A stretch of DNA of 64,000 nucleotides from Microcoleus sp. Lineage in GTDB: Bacteria > Cyanobacteriota > Cyanobacteriia > Cyanobacteriales > Microcoleaceae. The stretch spans positions 2,144,001-2,208,000 of the forward strand of contig CP181291.1 in the NCBI GenBank assembly GCA_052279835.1, given 5' to 3'. Made by a program: the position numbers and the translations under genes. A model generated the notes under the pieces. It had not been told where the DNA came from. It saw only the letters and a program-made list of their open reading frames with translations, and ran no database searches. Below are positions 1 to 12,003 of the stretch, one piece after another; position 1 is the first letter of the stretch; each line of letters starts with the position of its first letter.

Positions 1-2537
1 TACACCACTCCCCTCAAAGCCCTTTCCAACCAAAAACTGCGCGACTTCCGCCAGCAATTTGGCACTGAGATGGTGGGCTTACTGACGGGCGACATCTCCG
101 TTAATCGGGATGCTCCAATTTTGGTGATGACTACCGAAATTTTTCGCAATATGCTCTATGGTACGCCGATCGGGGCTGTGGGTACTTCCTTAACCGGAGT
201 TGAAACAGTTGTTCTCGATGAGTGTCACTACATGAACGACAAACAGCGGGGTACTGTTTGGGAAGAGTCGATTATCTACTGTTCGAGCGAAATTCAATTA
301 CTCGCCCTCTCAGCCACTGTTGCTAACAGCGCCCAACTGACAGACTGGATTAACAAAGTCCACGGACCAACAGAGTTAGTTTACTCCGACTTTCGCCCCG
401 TGCCGCTGCAATTTCACTTCGCCAATCAAAAAGGGATATTTCCTCTGCTAGACGAGAGCGGCAAAAAACCTAACATCCGTTTAGTCCCCAAAAAGAAACA
501 GCAAAAACTAGAAAGAGGTAGTATCCCCGTTCCCACTTTGGGGGATGTTTTGTCTCGGTTGGACGATCGCGATATGCTACCAGCAATCTACTTCATCTTC
601 AGCCGCCGTGGGTGCGATCGAGCAGTAGCAGAAGTTGGCAATTTCTCCCTAGTCAACGAAGCCGAAACCGCCGAACTCAAACGCATCATTGACGACTTTT
701 TACAACGGAACCCCGAAGCAGAACGCTTTGGTCAAAAAGAAGCACTTTTAAAAGGCATTGCAGCCCACCATGCGGGCATTTTACCCGCTTGGAAAGGCTT
801 AGTAGAAGAACTCTTCGGCAGAGGTTTAATTAAAGTCGTATTTGCCACCGAAACCCTAGCGGCCGGGATTAATATGCCCGCCCGTACCACAGTCATTTCC
901 ACCCTTTCCAAGCGCACCGACAAGGGACACCGACTCCTAAATGCTTCCGAATTCCTCCAAATGGCCGGTAGAGCAGGCAGGCGTGGCATGGACGAGCTGG
1001 GGCACGTAGTACCGTTCAGACGCGGTTTGAAGGGGCAAAGGAAGCCTCCTATTTGGCCACAGCCAAAGCCGACGCCCTCGCCAGTCAATTTACACCCAGC
1101 TACGGCATGGTGCTGAATTTATTGCAAACCCACACTCTCGAAGAAGCTCAAGAACTCGTAGAGCGTAGTTTTGGTCAATATCTTTCTACCTTGTACTTGC
1201 AGCCGCAGCAAGCGGAGCTAGACCGGCTGCAAGGGGAATTGGCGGTGTTGGAGGAGTCTCTGGCTGCTGGTGGCGATGTGGCTAACTTGGAAAAACAACT
1301 CGCCCATTATGAAAAGTTGCAGGGCAGACTCAAGGAAGAGAAACGCCTACTCAAAACTTTGTTGCAGCAAGCTGAAGAAGCTCGGATGAAGGAGATGTCC
1401 GTGGCTGTGGCTTTTGCGGTGCTCGGAACTATTGTCAGCCTCAAAGGTAAACACGTTCCTACTGCTAAACGATCGCACACATCTCCCGTACCCGCTGTAC
1501 TCGTTGCCAAAATCCCAGGTTCGGGCCAAGCTCCAAATTTAGTCTGTTTGGGCAAAGATAACCGCTGGTATGTCGTCGCCATTAGCGATGTCGCTAGCCT
1601 CCATGCTCAATTACCCCGTTTGAGCGTTGCCGATACCATGAACCCGCCCTCGGAAATGCCCCTGAGACTGGGCCAGTGTCGTTTGGGCACTGAGGAAACT
1701 CTTCCTATCGCCCAATCAATCCCAGAATTGCCGGCACTGGAACCGACTACCGAGACTCAAGACCAACTACAAAAAATCGCAGCCATTGAAGCTAAGCTAG
1801 AAATTCACCCTGTTTTAGAATGGGGCAATCCGGGTACTTTGCTCAAACGCCAGCGACGCAGGATAGAGTTGCAAAAGGAAATACGCAGAGGCTTGCAGGA
1901 CTTAGAAAAACAACGAGCCCGCTACTGGGAAGAATTTATCAACTTAATTGACATTTTGCTCAATTTCGGGTGCTTGGAAAGGGTAGTTTCTCTCAATGTT
2001 GAGGGGGCTGATACCTGGGAAAGATTAGTTCCTACAGAATTGGGTCAGGCTTGCGCTGCCATTCGTGGGGATAATGAACTCTGGTTGGGTTTGTCCCTGA
2101 TGTCGGCGGAATTTGATGAACTAGACCCCCACCACCTAGCGGCTGCTTGTGCAGCTTTGGTGACAGAGGTTTCCAGGCCCGATAGTTGGACTCACTATTC
2201 GCTATCTCCAGAGGTTTTGGCACCTTTGGATAATCTCCAAAAAGGCTTACGACGCAGGCTGTTTCAAGTGCAGTACCGACATGAAGCTGCGATCCCGATT
2301 TGGCTGGAACGAGATATGGTGACTTTGGTTGAGCAGTGGGCCCTGGGCGTGGAATGGCTGGAATTGGTCAGTCATACGAGTTTGGATGAGGGGGATGTGG
2401 TGCGAATTTTGCGCCGGACTTTGGATTTCTTGTCTCAGATTCCTCATGTTCCTAACGTATCTGATGCTTTGCGACGGAATGCTTGTCGGGCGATGCAGTT
2501 AATCGATCGTTTCCCGGTGAATGAAGCTGCTAATTGA
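1..2537 (+). CDS. Ski2/HelY-like DEAD/DEAH-box RNA helicase (5' truncated by the window; apparent 1-nt frameshift near 1010)
   Basis: Frame 1 reads YTTPLKALSNQK; motifs DECH, SAT, AHHAG, ATETLAAGINMPA, QMAGRAGRRG; DSHCT-like C-terminus (DEGDVVRILRRTLD). ORFs 70-1116 and 1053-2537 join as ...GHVVTVQTRFEGAKEA... Confidence 0.9.
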
Positions 2538-2803
2538 ATAATAGTTAACAGTTGGCTGTCAATCCTTCGACTTCGCGAGGGGGTAGGCAGTTGGCTGTTG
2601 ACAGTTGATAGTTGATCTCAAATCCGGTAATCTGAATTATTCAGATCTCTATTCTCTCCCTCTGTGTCCTCTGTGTTCTCTGTGGTTAAATCATTCCCAT
2701 ACAACCGGAAACGATAGGACAGTTGAACGCAGATTTTAATCTAAAATCTACTATCTAAAATCTAAAATCGATCGACTGGTGTGGTGGGTAGTTCAGAAGA
2801 TTA

Positions 2804-5599
2804 ATGCAACAAATCAAAAAGCCCGATCTAATTCCTGTAGCCTGCTCTCAGGCTCATACAATTCGCTTTTTCACTTTCTTGCAAAGGGTATTAATTGGGA
2901 CTCTCGCGATTAGTTTATTCAATCTCTCGCTCTGGTTTCCCTCTCCCAGTTTTGCCCAAGTGCTTTTGGGTGTAGTTCGCAGTTCCGAAAATTCCCCGGA
3001 CTGGCTCAAGATTACCACACGACTTTGGGACAGTGGTATTGCTTACCAACCAATTAATCTCGAAGAAATCAAAAGTGTCGGAGATTTAGCCGGGGTTAAT
3101 GTCCTGTTTTTACCCAATATTGAAACGGTGAGTCCAGCCCAACTTAAAGTTTTAGAATCTTGGGCGAAACAAGGTGGTAGATTGATTGCTTCCGGGCCTG
3201 TGGGGCGCAGTTCCCAGGCTTTGGTGCGTCAATCTTTACGATCGCTCCTTGGGGCCTATTGGGCTTTTCCGTTAACCCAGCCGGCGACTCCTCAACCCCG
3301 CAACCGCTGTCGAGATCTCGCTTGCACTACTTCTAGCAATTGGGTGCCGGTGGAACAAAAAAATATCTTGGTTCAAGGCGGTGTCTTGATTCCGGCTGAT
3401 GCTAACAGTCAAACTATTGCTACGTGGAAGGATAGTTCTGGTTCTTCGGCCGCGATCGCTACGGATCGCGCTACCTATCTCGGCTGGCGCTGGGGTAGCG
3501 ACGGTTCGGCAAAGGTAGACACGGCTTGGCTGCGGGCCTCGATCGCCCGCTGGGGAGGCACTGTCGGTTCCCCCATACCACCGCAAACGGCGATCGCACC
3601 CCCCAGACCCAGATCCCCAAATCCCCCCTCCAGAACTCCTAGAAACACCCCTCCAAGTCCGCGCAATACCCCACTGAGCAGACTTTCTCCCTCTCTCCCC
3701 CTTCCAGAACCGGTACCTACAACTTTTACTGACCCTTCGGATCAGTCGGCACCGGCGGGCTTGGATGTGCAGATAAATTCCCCAGCGCCGATCGTCAGCA
3801 TTGAAGCCTACTTAATGCGCCAAGAATTGACTAACCTCCTCGGTAGGTTTGAAAGTGCCTTAACAGCAGCTAATTCAGCGAATACTGCGGTGAATCTGAA
3901 TGCAGCCAATACTGCTCAACTGGTGGCCGGAAGCAATAGTGGTGGAGTCCAGGCTGCTAGTCGCCCGCCGATGATGCTAGCGGGAACAGCCAGGGCGATC
4001 GCCAGTGCACGACAGGTGTTGCAAAGTTTCGATGGACTCTTGGCTGAGCAAAAGTACGCGGAGGCTAGAAAGCAGTGGGTGGAAGCCCGACAGTTGCTGT
4101 GGCAAAATTATCCCCAGGAAGGACAGCGGGTGGGTTCGGAAATTCGGGCTGTTTGGCTCGATCGCGGTACGATTGTGGCTGCTCGATCGGAACAAGGTTT
4201 AGCAGCAGTGTTCGATCGCCTCGCCGCCGCTGGTATCAATACCGTTTTCTTTGAAACTTTAAATGCCGGATATCCGATTTATCCCAGTCAAGTTGCACCC
4301 CAACAAAACCCCCTCACCGTGGGCTGGGACCCCCTGGAATCTGGAGTGAAGTTGGCCCACGAGCGAGGTATGGAATTGCACGCTTGGATTTGGACTTTTG
4401 CCACGGGCAATAAACGCCACAATACTCTGATTGGCAAGCCAAGTTCCTATCCAGGCCCGGTGCTTTCTGCTTATCCAAATTGGGCAAATATTGACAACAA
4501 AGGACGCATACAACATATTAATGATGGTAAATTTTATCTCGATCCTGCTAATCCAGAAGCCCGTAGTTATTTGCTGCGAATAGTTAACGAAATTGCCAGC
4601 CGCTACAAAGTTGATGGACTGCAACTTGACTACATTCGCTATCCTTTTCAAGATGATAATGCGGGTTTTACCTATGGTTATGGTGCGGCGGCGAGGCAGC
4701 AGTTTCAGCAATTAACTGGCGTCGATCCGATGAGAATTTCGCCCAATGATGGTAATTTATGGCGGCAGTGGGTTGAGTTTAAAACTAATCAAATTAATAG
4801 TTTTGTTGGCGAAGTTTCTCAGTTGTTGCGACGCAATTATCCGCGGACAATTTTGTCGGTGGCTGTGTTTCCGCACCCTCCTAGTCAACGGATTTACAAA
4901 ATTCAGCAGAATTGGGAAGTTTGGGCTCGTCAGGGGATTGTGGATTTGATTGTGCCCATGACTTATGCTTTGGATACTAATCGACTTCAACGCATTACTG
5001 AGCCTTTGGCTAAGGAACAAATGCTCGGTTCGGCTTTGATTTCTCCGTCGGTTAAGTTGTTGACTCTCCCGGAAGTGGTGGCGATCGACCAAATTCAGGC
5101 TTTGCGGGATTTGCCGACAGGGGGTTATGCCATTTTTGCTGCCGAAAGTATTAGCAGCGGGATGCAGGCGTTTTTTAATCGTACTCAAGGGCGGGGAGGG
5201 CGATCGTCTACTAGGGCAGCGCTAACGACTTCGGCTTCGGAACCGATTCCTTATCGCCAGCCTTTTGCCGCAGCGGTTTCGCGGTATACTGCGCTCAAAC
5301 AAGAATGGAGTTTTTTGTTGGCTAACAATCAGTTGCGGGTGTCGGAATCGGAATTGAAAGTGTTGCAAAGTCGATCGACAGAATTAGCCGAAGCTTTGAA
5401 CAAACTAGCCGCCACTCCCACTCCCGAAAATTTAACGACTGCTAAAAGATTGCTGGCGAGTTTTTCATCTCAATTTCAATCTTCCATGCGCCTGCATTCT
5501 GCCGAAAATAACTATCAAGTTCAAACTTGGCAAAATCGTTTGGATAGTTTGGATATGTTATTGCGTTATGGCGAAAGGGTAGAGTTGAATCGCGGGTAA
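2804..5599 (+). CDS. Glycoside hydrolase family 10-like (GHL10/DUF187) protein with N-terminal signal/TM segment and Pro-rich linker
   Basis: EIRAVWLD, GINTVFFET, AHERGMELHAW, LDPANPEAR, VDGLQLDYIRYP motifs. Confidence 0.85.
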   Translation: MQQIKKPDLIPVACSQAHTIRFFTFLQRVLIGTLAISLFNLSLWFPSPSFAQVLLGVVRSSENSPDWLKITTRLWDSGIAYQPINLEEIKSVGDLAGVNVLFLPNIETVSPAQLKVLESWAKQGGRLIASGPVGRSSQALVRQSLRSLLGAYWAFPLTQPATPQPRNRCRDLACTTSSNWVPVEQKNILVQGGVLIPADANSQTIATWKDSSGSSAAIATDRATYLGWRWGSDGSAKVDTAWLRASIARWGGTVGSPIPPQTAIAPPRPRSPNPPSRTPRNTPPSPRNTPLSRLSPSLPLPEPVPTTFTDPSDQSAPAGLDVQINSPAPIVSIEAYLMRQELTNLLGRFESALTAANSANTAVNLNAANTAQLVAGSNSGGVQAASRPPMMLAGTARAIASARQVLQSFDGLLAEQKYAEARKQWVEARQLLWQNYPQEGQRVGSEIRAVWLDRGTIVAARSEQGLAAVFDRLAAAGINTVFFETLNAGYPIYPSQVAPQQNPLTVGWDPLESGVKLAHERGMELHAWIWTFATGNKRHNTLIGKPSSYPGPVLSAYPNWANIDNKGRIQHINDGKFYLDPANPEARSYLLRIVNEIASRYKVDGLQLDYIRYPFQDDNAGFTYGYGAAARQQFQQLTGVDPMRISPNDGNLWRQWVEFKTNQINSFVGEVSQLLRRNYPRTILSVAVFPHPPSQRIYKIQQNWEVWARQGIVDLIVPMTYALDTNRLQRITEPLAKEQMLGSALISPSVKLLTLPEVVAIDQIQALRDLPTGGYAIFAAESISSGMQAFFNRTQGRGGRSSTRAALTTSASEPIPYRQPFAAAVSRYTALKQEWSFLLANNQLRVSESELKVLQSRSTELAEALNKLAATPTPENLTTAKRLLASFSSQFQSSMRLHSAENNYQVQTWQNRLDSLDMLLRYGERVELNRG

Positions 5600-6120
5600 A
5601 TCTCAGTGGTTTGGCGAAAGGGTGTGGGCGATCGATCTTAATTTATTCAAAAAATGCCCTATACACATACTTGAGGCGCTAGCATAGGTTGTAGACGCTC
5701 AAGTACAGCTTAGCCTTGCTGACTTGACTCTTCTGTTAGAACCCCAGCTTCTTACAGTGGTGGAGGGATAGGGGTATTCGATTTTTTTGGGGTGGGTTAC
5801 TGTCACTCACAATTTTTGAAGGGACTCAGGGCGATCGTACCTAATCATTTATCTCAGTAGTTCGGGAAAACTCATCCGTATAAATACGCTGTTGCCATTA
5901 AAATTGATACCCTTTACAATAACCAGTAACTTGCTATTTTCACCAAACACCCACAGCAAATATAGATAGTAACAGCCAAAATGCTTAGGACACTCTCGAT
6001 CGCGGAAACTATGACTATAGCTACTTTTCCATCTTCCATCTTCCTTCAGTTTTTTTCCTGAATGCTTCATGTTTAATCACCCAGTTTATTTTCACTTACT
6101 AAATACCAATAAAATTTAGG

Positions 6121-9100
6121 ATGAATATGTTTCCTAAACAACTCAATCGGTTAGTTACTAAAATAATCGGTAAAGCTCCCTTACAAACAGTCCTAGTGGT
6201 TCCTTTTTTAGTGCAAATTGTCGGCACTGTCGGAGTTGTCGGTTGGCTGTCATTTCAAAACGGACAGCGCGCCGTTAATGATGTGGCTACTCAGTTGCGA
6301 CGAGAAATTACCGATCGCATTAAAGACCGCATTGAAAATTATATGTCAATTCCTCATATTGTGAATCACCTCAACGTTCAAGGCCTAAAATTGGGCCAAT
6401 TGAATCTAGAAGACAAACAAAAACTAGAACTTCATTTCCTAGAACAAATTCAATATTTTGATTCGATCAGCATCATTTATGTAGGCAAAGAAAATGGCGA
6501 CCACTCAGGAGCCATTCGTACAGAAGATCGGACTCTCATCTCCGCTGCTGATAGTTCGACAGGTAATAAATTGTCTCGATACACTGCTGACTCTAAAGGC
6601 AACCGTGTCAAATTAGTGGAAATTTCCTCCGAGGTTTATGACCCCCGAATTCGACCTTGGTATATAGCCGCAGCCGCTGCTAAAAAACCAATTTGGAGTA
6701 CGATTTATACAGATTTTTTAACTAAAGAGTTAGCAATTACCGCGGCTTTACCAATCTACGATAAAAATGACAAGTTATTAGGAGTAGCTGGCAGCGATTT
6801 ATTATTTTCGAGAATTAAAGAATTTCTGGTCAGCCTGAAAATTGGCAAGTCGGGTCAAACTTTTGTGATGGAACGATCGGGAATGTTAATCGCAACTTCT
6901 ACAGATACTCCTGAATTTGTCATAGAAAATAAAGAAACCAAGCGGATCAAAGCTGCGGAAAGCGAAAATTTAGTAATTCGCCAAACGGCACAGCATTTAG
7001 AAAAATTCTATGGTAATTTAGCTAAAATTCAAAATTCTCAACAGCTTAGTTTTGATGTCGAGCACCATCGAAATTTTATTCAAGTAACTCCGTTTAAAGA
7101 CAATCGAGGTTTGGATTGGCTGATTGTCGTGGTAGTTCCAGAGTCCGACTTTATGGAACAAATAGATGCCAATACTCACATCACTGTGTTATTGTCGTTA
7201 GCAGCTTTGCTCTTGGCTGCCATTCTGGGAATTCTGACTGCTAAATGGGTGGTAAGGCCGATTTTTAGGTTGAATGAGGCTGCAAAAGCTTTGGCTAAGA
7301 ATGAATGGGATGATACAAAATTAATTAACAATCGACAAGATGAATTGGGTGAACTTGCCGATTCTTTTAACAGTATGGCGGAGCAATTGCAACAGTCATT
7401 TACATCCCTAGGCGAAAGTGAAAATAGAGTAAAACAATTTTTAGATGCCATACCTTTGGGGGTTTTCATTGTAGACGACCTGGGAAATCCTTATTATATT
7501 AACCCGATAGGTAAAAAACTAATAGGTCAAGGAATTATCGCATCCAATGCCGAAAATTTACGTCAATCTTACCGCATTTATTTAGCTGGAACTGAGCAAC
7601 TTTATCCAGCCGAACGCGATCCGATATTAAATGCTTTGCAGGGCAAAACAGTCACGGTTGATGACATAGAAGTTTCCCTAGGGGACAAAACAGTTCCTTT
7701 ACAAATTTGGGGAACTCCTATTTACGGAAGTCAAGGGAATATCATCTACGGAATGTGCGCTTTTCAAGATATTACGGAACGCAAACAAGCCGAGAAAATT
7801 TTAATCAAATACAATCAAAACTTAGAAACAAAAGTTGCCGAACGCACGGCAGAACTTGCTAAAGCCGAAGAAAAGTTTTCTAAAGCTTTTCGTTTAAGTC
7901 CTAATGCGATTACCCTCACCAGAATCAGTGATGGTCGCCACATAGAAGTTAATGAAAGTTTTTGTCGGATGATGGGCTACAGTCACGCAGAAATTATTGG
8001 CAAAACAGCGGTAGAACTAAACTTTTGGGCGACTTTGGCAGAACGCGATCGCATGATTCAAATGTTAAAAAATAAAACAGCTATACATAATTATGAGTTG
8101 AAGTTTCGTAATAAAAGCGGTACAGAAAGAGCTGCATTGCTCTCCATAGAAACCATCGATATTGAGGGAGAAGCTTGTTTTTTATCGATTTCTAGCGACA
8201 TTACCGATCGCCAACAAGCAGAAGCAGCCCTGCGGGAAGCCGAAGAAAAATACCGCAACATTTATGAAAATGCCTTAAGTGGTATTTTTCAGACCACTAG
8301 GGATGGAAAATACATTAGCGCCAATCCAGCTTTAGCCCATATCTACGGCTACGAATCGACAGCCGAACTCATAGCAGGCCAGCCTAATTTGCATAATCAG
8401 CTTTACGTCAATCCTAAGCGTCACGATGAATTTGTAGAATTGATAAATAAGTATGGCATAATATCAAACTTTGAATCGCAAATTTACAAAAAAGATGGCA
8501 GTATTATTTGGATATCAGAAAATTCCCGCGCTGTTTACGATGACCAAAATAATTTACTCTACTATGAAGGTTTTATCAAAGATATTACTGCTAGTAAGCA
8601 ATCGGAAATAGAAATGCAGCGGGCAAAAGAAGCAGCGGAAGCAGCTAACAAAGCTAAAAGTATTTTCCTCGCAAATATGAGCCACGAATTGCGCTCTCCC
8701 CTCAATGCTGTCATCGGCTTTGCTCAAGTCATGATTCGCAGCAAAACCCTGTCTCCAGAAAATCAAGAAGATGTGGGGATTATCCTGCGGAGTGGCGAAC
8801 ATTTACTGAGTTTAATTAACCAAGTTTTAGACTTGTCAAAAATTGAAGCTGGACGCACTACCATCAATGAAAAAAACTTTGACTTGTTCCGCTTGTTAGA
8901 CGATTTGGAAGATATGTTTGCCCTCAAAGCCGAAGAAAAAAGCTTGCAGTTATTATTCGATCGCGACTCGAAAGTTCCCCACTATATCTGTACCGATGAA
9001 GTTAAGTTGCGCCAAGTTTTAATTAACTTACTCAACAATGCAATTAAATTCACTTCTCAAGGGGGAGTGTCGCTGCAAGTCAAAGGCGGTCAAAAAGCCT

Positions 9101-10068
9101 ATAATAATAGTGAAAAACAGCCTGGTCGTTACTCAATACATTTTGAAGTTCAAGATACTGGTGCTGGGATCGAGCCTGACGAAATCAATCAGTTGTTTGA
9201 AGCATTTATACAGACAAAAACTGGTAAAGATTCTCAAGAAGGAACTGGTTTGGGTTTAGCTATCAGTCGTCAGTTTGTACAATTGATGGGAGGTGACATT
9301 ACCGTTAGTAGTGAAGTCGGAAAGGGGGCAGTATTTCAGTTTGATATCCAAGTTCATCTGGTGGAAGCTGCTGATATTGAAAGCAAAAAAAATCAACTTC
9401 GTGTTGTTGCTCTCGAACCAAATCAGCCCCGCTACCGCTTGCTGATTGTGGACGATAAACCCCTGAATCGTCAATTGTTGATCAAACTTCTCAGCCCTCT
9501 GGGGTTTGAATTGAGAGAAGCAAATAATGGTCAAGAAGCGGTGGATATTTGCGCGCTGTGGGAGCCGCACTTGATTTGGATGGATATGAGAATGCCCGTG
9601 ATGGATGGGTACGAGGCTACAAAACAGATAAAAACTACTACTCAAGGGCAAGCAGCGGCGATTATCGCTCTGACTGCTAGTGTTTTGGAGGAAGAACGGG
9701 CTGTGATTCTTTCGGCGGGTTGTGATGATTTTATGCGGAAACCGTTCCGAGAGGAAGATATATTTATGGCAATTAGCAAACACCTAGGAGTACGCTATAT
9801 TTATGAAGATCCAGCCGCAGCAAGTGTGGTGGGTTCCGGGGACGACCGTCAGGAAGTGATGACATCAGGGGCGATCGCCTCTCTACCCGCCGAATGGGTA
9901 GCTGCATTCAAGCAAAATATTTTGAGTGTGGATATGGAGGCGATCGCCTTTTCCATAGAACAAATTCGCACTGTCAACTCCTCTCTAGCTGACAGCCTGC
10001 AAGATAGCATTAATAATTTTGAATACGAAAGCATTTTGAGCCTAATTACTAACAACGAGGATAACTAA
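6121..10068 (+). CDS. Hybrid sensor histidine kinase (TM-dCache-TM-HAMP-3xPAS-HisKA-HATPase-REC)
   Basis: YDPRIRPWY Cache motif, DELGELADSFNSM HAMP, FLANMSHELRSPL, GTGLGLAIS, WMDMRMPVMDG. Confidence 0.92.
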   Translation: MNMFPKQLNRLVTKIIGKAPLQTVLVVPFLVQIVGTVGVVGWLSFQNGQRAVNDVATQLRREITDRIKDRIENYMSIPHIVNHLNVQGLKLGQLNLEDKQKLELHFLEQIQYFDSISIIYVGKENGDHSGAIRTEDRTLISAADSSTGNKLSRYTADSKGNRVKLVEISSEVYDPRIRPWYIAAAAAKKPIWSTIYTDFLTKELAITAALPIYDKNDKLLGVAGSDLLFSRIKEFLVSLKIGKSGQTFVMERSGMLIATSTDTPEFVIENKETKRIKAAESENLVIRQTAQHLEKFYGNLAKIQNSQQLSFDVEHHRNFIQVTPFKDNRGLDWLIVVVVPESDFMEQIDANTHITVLLSLAALLLAAILGILTAKWVVRPIFRLNEAAKALAKNEWDDTKLINNRQDELGELADSFNSMAEQLQQSFTSLGESENRVKQFLDAIPLGVFIVDDLGNPYYINPIGKKLIGQGIIASNAENLRQSYRIYLAGTEQLYPAERDPILNALQGKTVTVDDIEVSLGDKTVPLQIWGTPIYGSQGNIIYGMCAFQDITERKQAEKILIKYNQNLETKVAERTAELAKAEEKFSKAFRLSPNAITLTRISDGRHIEVNESFCRMMGYSHAEIIGKTAVELNFWATLAERDRMIQMLKNKTAIHNYELKFRNKSGTERAALLSIETIDIEGEACFLSISSDITDRQQAEAALREAEEKYRNIYENALSGIFQTTRDGKYISANPALAHIYGYESTAELIAGQPNLHNQLYVNPKRHDEFVELINKYGIISNFESQIYKKDGSIIWISENSRAVYDDQNNLLYYEGFIKDITASKQSEIEMQRAKEAAEAANKAKSIFLANMSHELRSPLNAVIGFAQVMIRSKTLSPENQEDVGIILRSGEHLLSLINQVLDLSKIEAGRTTINEKNFDLFRLLDDLEDMFALKAEEKSLQLLFDRDSKVPHYICTDEVKLRQVLINLLNNAIKFTSQGGVSLQVKGGQKAYNNSEKQPGRYSIHFEVQDTGAGIEPDEINQLFEAFIQTKTGKDSQEGTGLGLAISRQFVQLMGGDITVSSEVGKGAVFQFDIQVHLVEAADIESKKNQLRVVALEPNQPRYRLLIVDDKPLNRQLLIKLLSPLGFELREANNGQEAVDICALWEPHLIWMDMRMPVMDGYEATKQIKTTTQGQAAAIIALTASVLEEERAVILSAGCDDFMRKPFREEDIFMAISKHLGVRYIYEDPAAASVVGSGDDRQEVMTSGAIASLPAEWVAAFKQNILSVDMEAIAFSIEQIRTVNSSLADSLQDSINNFEYESILSLITNNEDN

Positions 10069-10069
10069 A

Positions 10070-11503
10070 GTGGATATTATTACAAATTCAAAAAAAAACC
10101 ATCAAGGCAATATTTTAGTAGTTGACGATACCCCAGAAAACCTGCATCTTCTGTCAGGAATTTTAAGCAAAAAAGGCTATCAAGTTCGCCCCGTTCCCAG
10201 CGGCAAACTCGCACTTTCGGCCGCTCAGAGAATACCCCCAGATTTGGTGTTGCTGGATATTATGATGCCAGAGATGGACGGCTATGAAGTGTGTCAGCAA
10301 CTGAAAGCTGAGGAGGCAACAAAAGACATTCCGGTTATTTTCATCAGTGCGATTAACGACGTGATGGATAAAGTTAAAGCTTTTGCCGTGGGCGGAGTAG
10401 ATTTCATCACTAAACCCTTTCAACTGGAAGAAGTTTTAGCCCGCATTGAAACTCATTTAAAAATTTGTTCTCTGCAAAACAGTTTGCAAGAAAGAAATGA
10501 AGATTTAGCAACTGCGATCCAACAACTGCAAGCAACCCAAGAGCATTTGATTCAATCGGAAAAGATGGCTGCCCTCGGACAACTGATTGCGGGCATTGCC
10601 CACGAAATCAATACTCCCCTAGGCATCATCGGTTCTTCTATTGATAACATTGCTAATTTTTGGGAAACAAATTTAGAAAATTTACCCAAATTTTTCCAAG
10701 AAATTTCTTCAGAAAGCCAAGTTTATTTTTTAAACCTGCTGTACAGGTCTTCCATCGAGCGCGAAACTATATTTACCAGCAAGGAAAAAAGAAAATTCAA
10801 GCAGCACTTAGTAGGTTATTTGACCGAACACCAAGTAGAAAAGGCTGAAGAAATTGCCGACACCTTAGTTGATATGGAAATCTACGATGATATCGAACAG
10901 TTATTGCCACTTTTTCAACTCCCCGATTGGGAAAAAGTTTTAAATACTGCCTATCAATTTACCAGCTTTAAAAAAAGTATTAGTTTAATCCAAAGAGCGA
11001 CAGCGAAGTCGGGAAAAGTAGTATTTGCTTTGAAAAGTTATGCTCATTTTGATATTAAGCAAGAAAAAATAGAAGCAAATTTACATGAGGGGATTGAAAC
11101 GGTTTTAACCCTTTATCAAAATCAACTGAAACAGGGGATAGAAGTTGTGAGAAAATATGGCGATTTACCCAAAATCGTTTGCTATCCAGATGAGTTAAAT
11201 CAAGTTTGGACCAATCTAGTTCACAATGCTCTGCAAGCCATGAGTTATAAAGGGAATTTGACTATTGAAACTATGTGTCACGATGGTAGTATTTTGATAA
11301 AATTTATTGATAATGGCAAAGGTATTCCCCCGGAAATTCTTCCCAAAATTTTTCAGCCTTTTTTTACGACGAAAGCTGCGGGGGAAGGTAGCGGTTTGGG
11401 ATTAGATATCGTCAGAAAAATTATTGAGAAACATCAGGGAGAGGTTAGTGTAGAGTCCGTACCGGGGGAGACTATATTTACAGTATCGTTACCAATATAT
11501 TAA
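10070..11503 (+). CDS. REC-histidine kinase hybrid
   Basis: ILVVDD...LLDIMMP; GIAHEINTPL; GSGLGL. Confidence 0.92.
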   Translation: MDIITNSKKNHQGNILVVDDTPENLHLLSGILSKKGYQVRPVPSGKLALSAAQRIPPDLVLLDIMMPEMDGYEVCQQLKAEEATKDIPVIFISAINDVMDKVKAFAVGGVDFITKPFQLEEVLARIETHLKICSLQNSLQERNEDLATAIQQLQATQEHLIQSEKMAALGQLIAGIAHEINTPLGIIGSSIDNIANFWETNLENLPKFFQEISSESQVYFLNLLYRSSIERETIFTSKEKRKFKQHLVGYLTEHQVEKAEEIADTLVDMEIYDDIEQLLPLFQLPDWEKVLNTAYQFTSFKKSISLIQRATAKSGKVVFALKSYAHFDIKQEKIEANLHEGIETVLTLYQNQLKQGIEVVRKYGDLPKIVCYPDELNQVWTNLVHNALQAMSYKGNLTIETMCHDGSILIKFIDNGKGIPPEILPKIFQPFFTTKAAGEGSGLGLDIVRKIIEKHQGEVSVESVPGETIFTVSLPIY

Positions 11504-11610
11504 AATAAGAGGGATGAGGGCTAGGCTGATGCCGGTCGGGAATCAATCAGGTGCATTGAAACTAAGCCGGGATACAGCGACTAAAATGAAAGCACAGAGG
11601 AGACAAAAAG

Positions 11611-12003
11611 ATGAGTAAACCTGTAATTGTTTGTGTTGACGATGAGGCTGATATCTTGAATACTCTGAAGATGCAGCTTAAAAATGAATTTAAAGATAAT
11701 TACTTTTACGAACTAGCTGAAAGTGGTGATGAAGCTTTAGAAGTAATTGAAGCTTTTCAGGGAGAAGAGCAGGTGATCGTGGTGGTTTCGGATTGGTTGA
11801 TGCCTGGAATTAAAGGGGACGAACTTTTAATGAGAATTCACGAAAAACATCCTAAAATTGTGAAGGTGATGTTGACGGGGCAAGCAGATCCAGCAGCAGT
11901 TCAGCGGGCTGTTGAACACGCTGATTTATATTGTTGTTTATACAAACCTTGGAAAGGGGAAGATTTGATAAAAACTATCAAGTCAGGGCTGGCTAAGTTA
12001 TGA
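11611..12003 (+). CDS. Single-domain response regulator
   Basis: VCVDDE, VSDWLMPG, KPW. Confidence 0.9.
   Translation: MSKPVIVCVDDEADILNTLKMQLKNEFKDNYFYELAESGDEALEVIEAFQGEEQVIVVVSDWLMPGIKGDELLMRIHEKHPKIVKVMLTGQADPAAVQRAVEHADLYCCLYKPWKGEDLIKTIKSGLAKL

Noticed and set aside
732..9783. Numerous antisense and nested ORFs within the large genes
   Set aside because: They are shadows of well-supported opposite-strand or other-frame CDSs and have no motifs.
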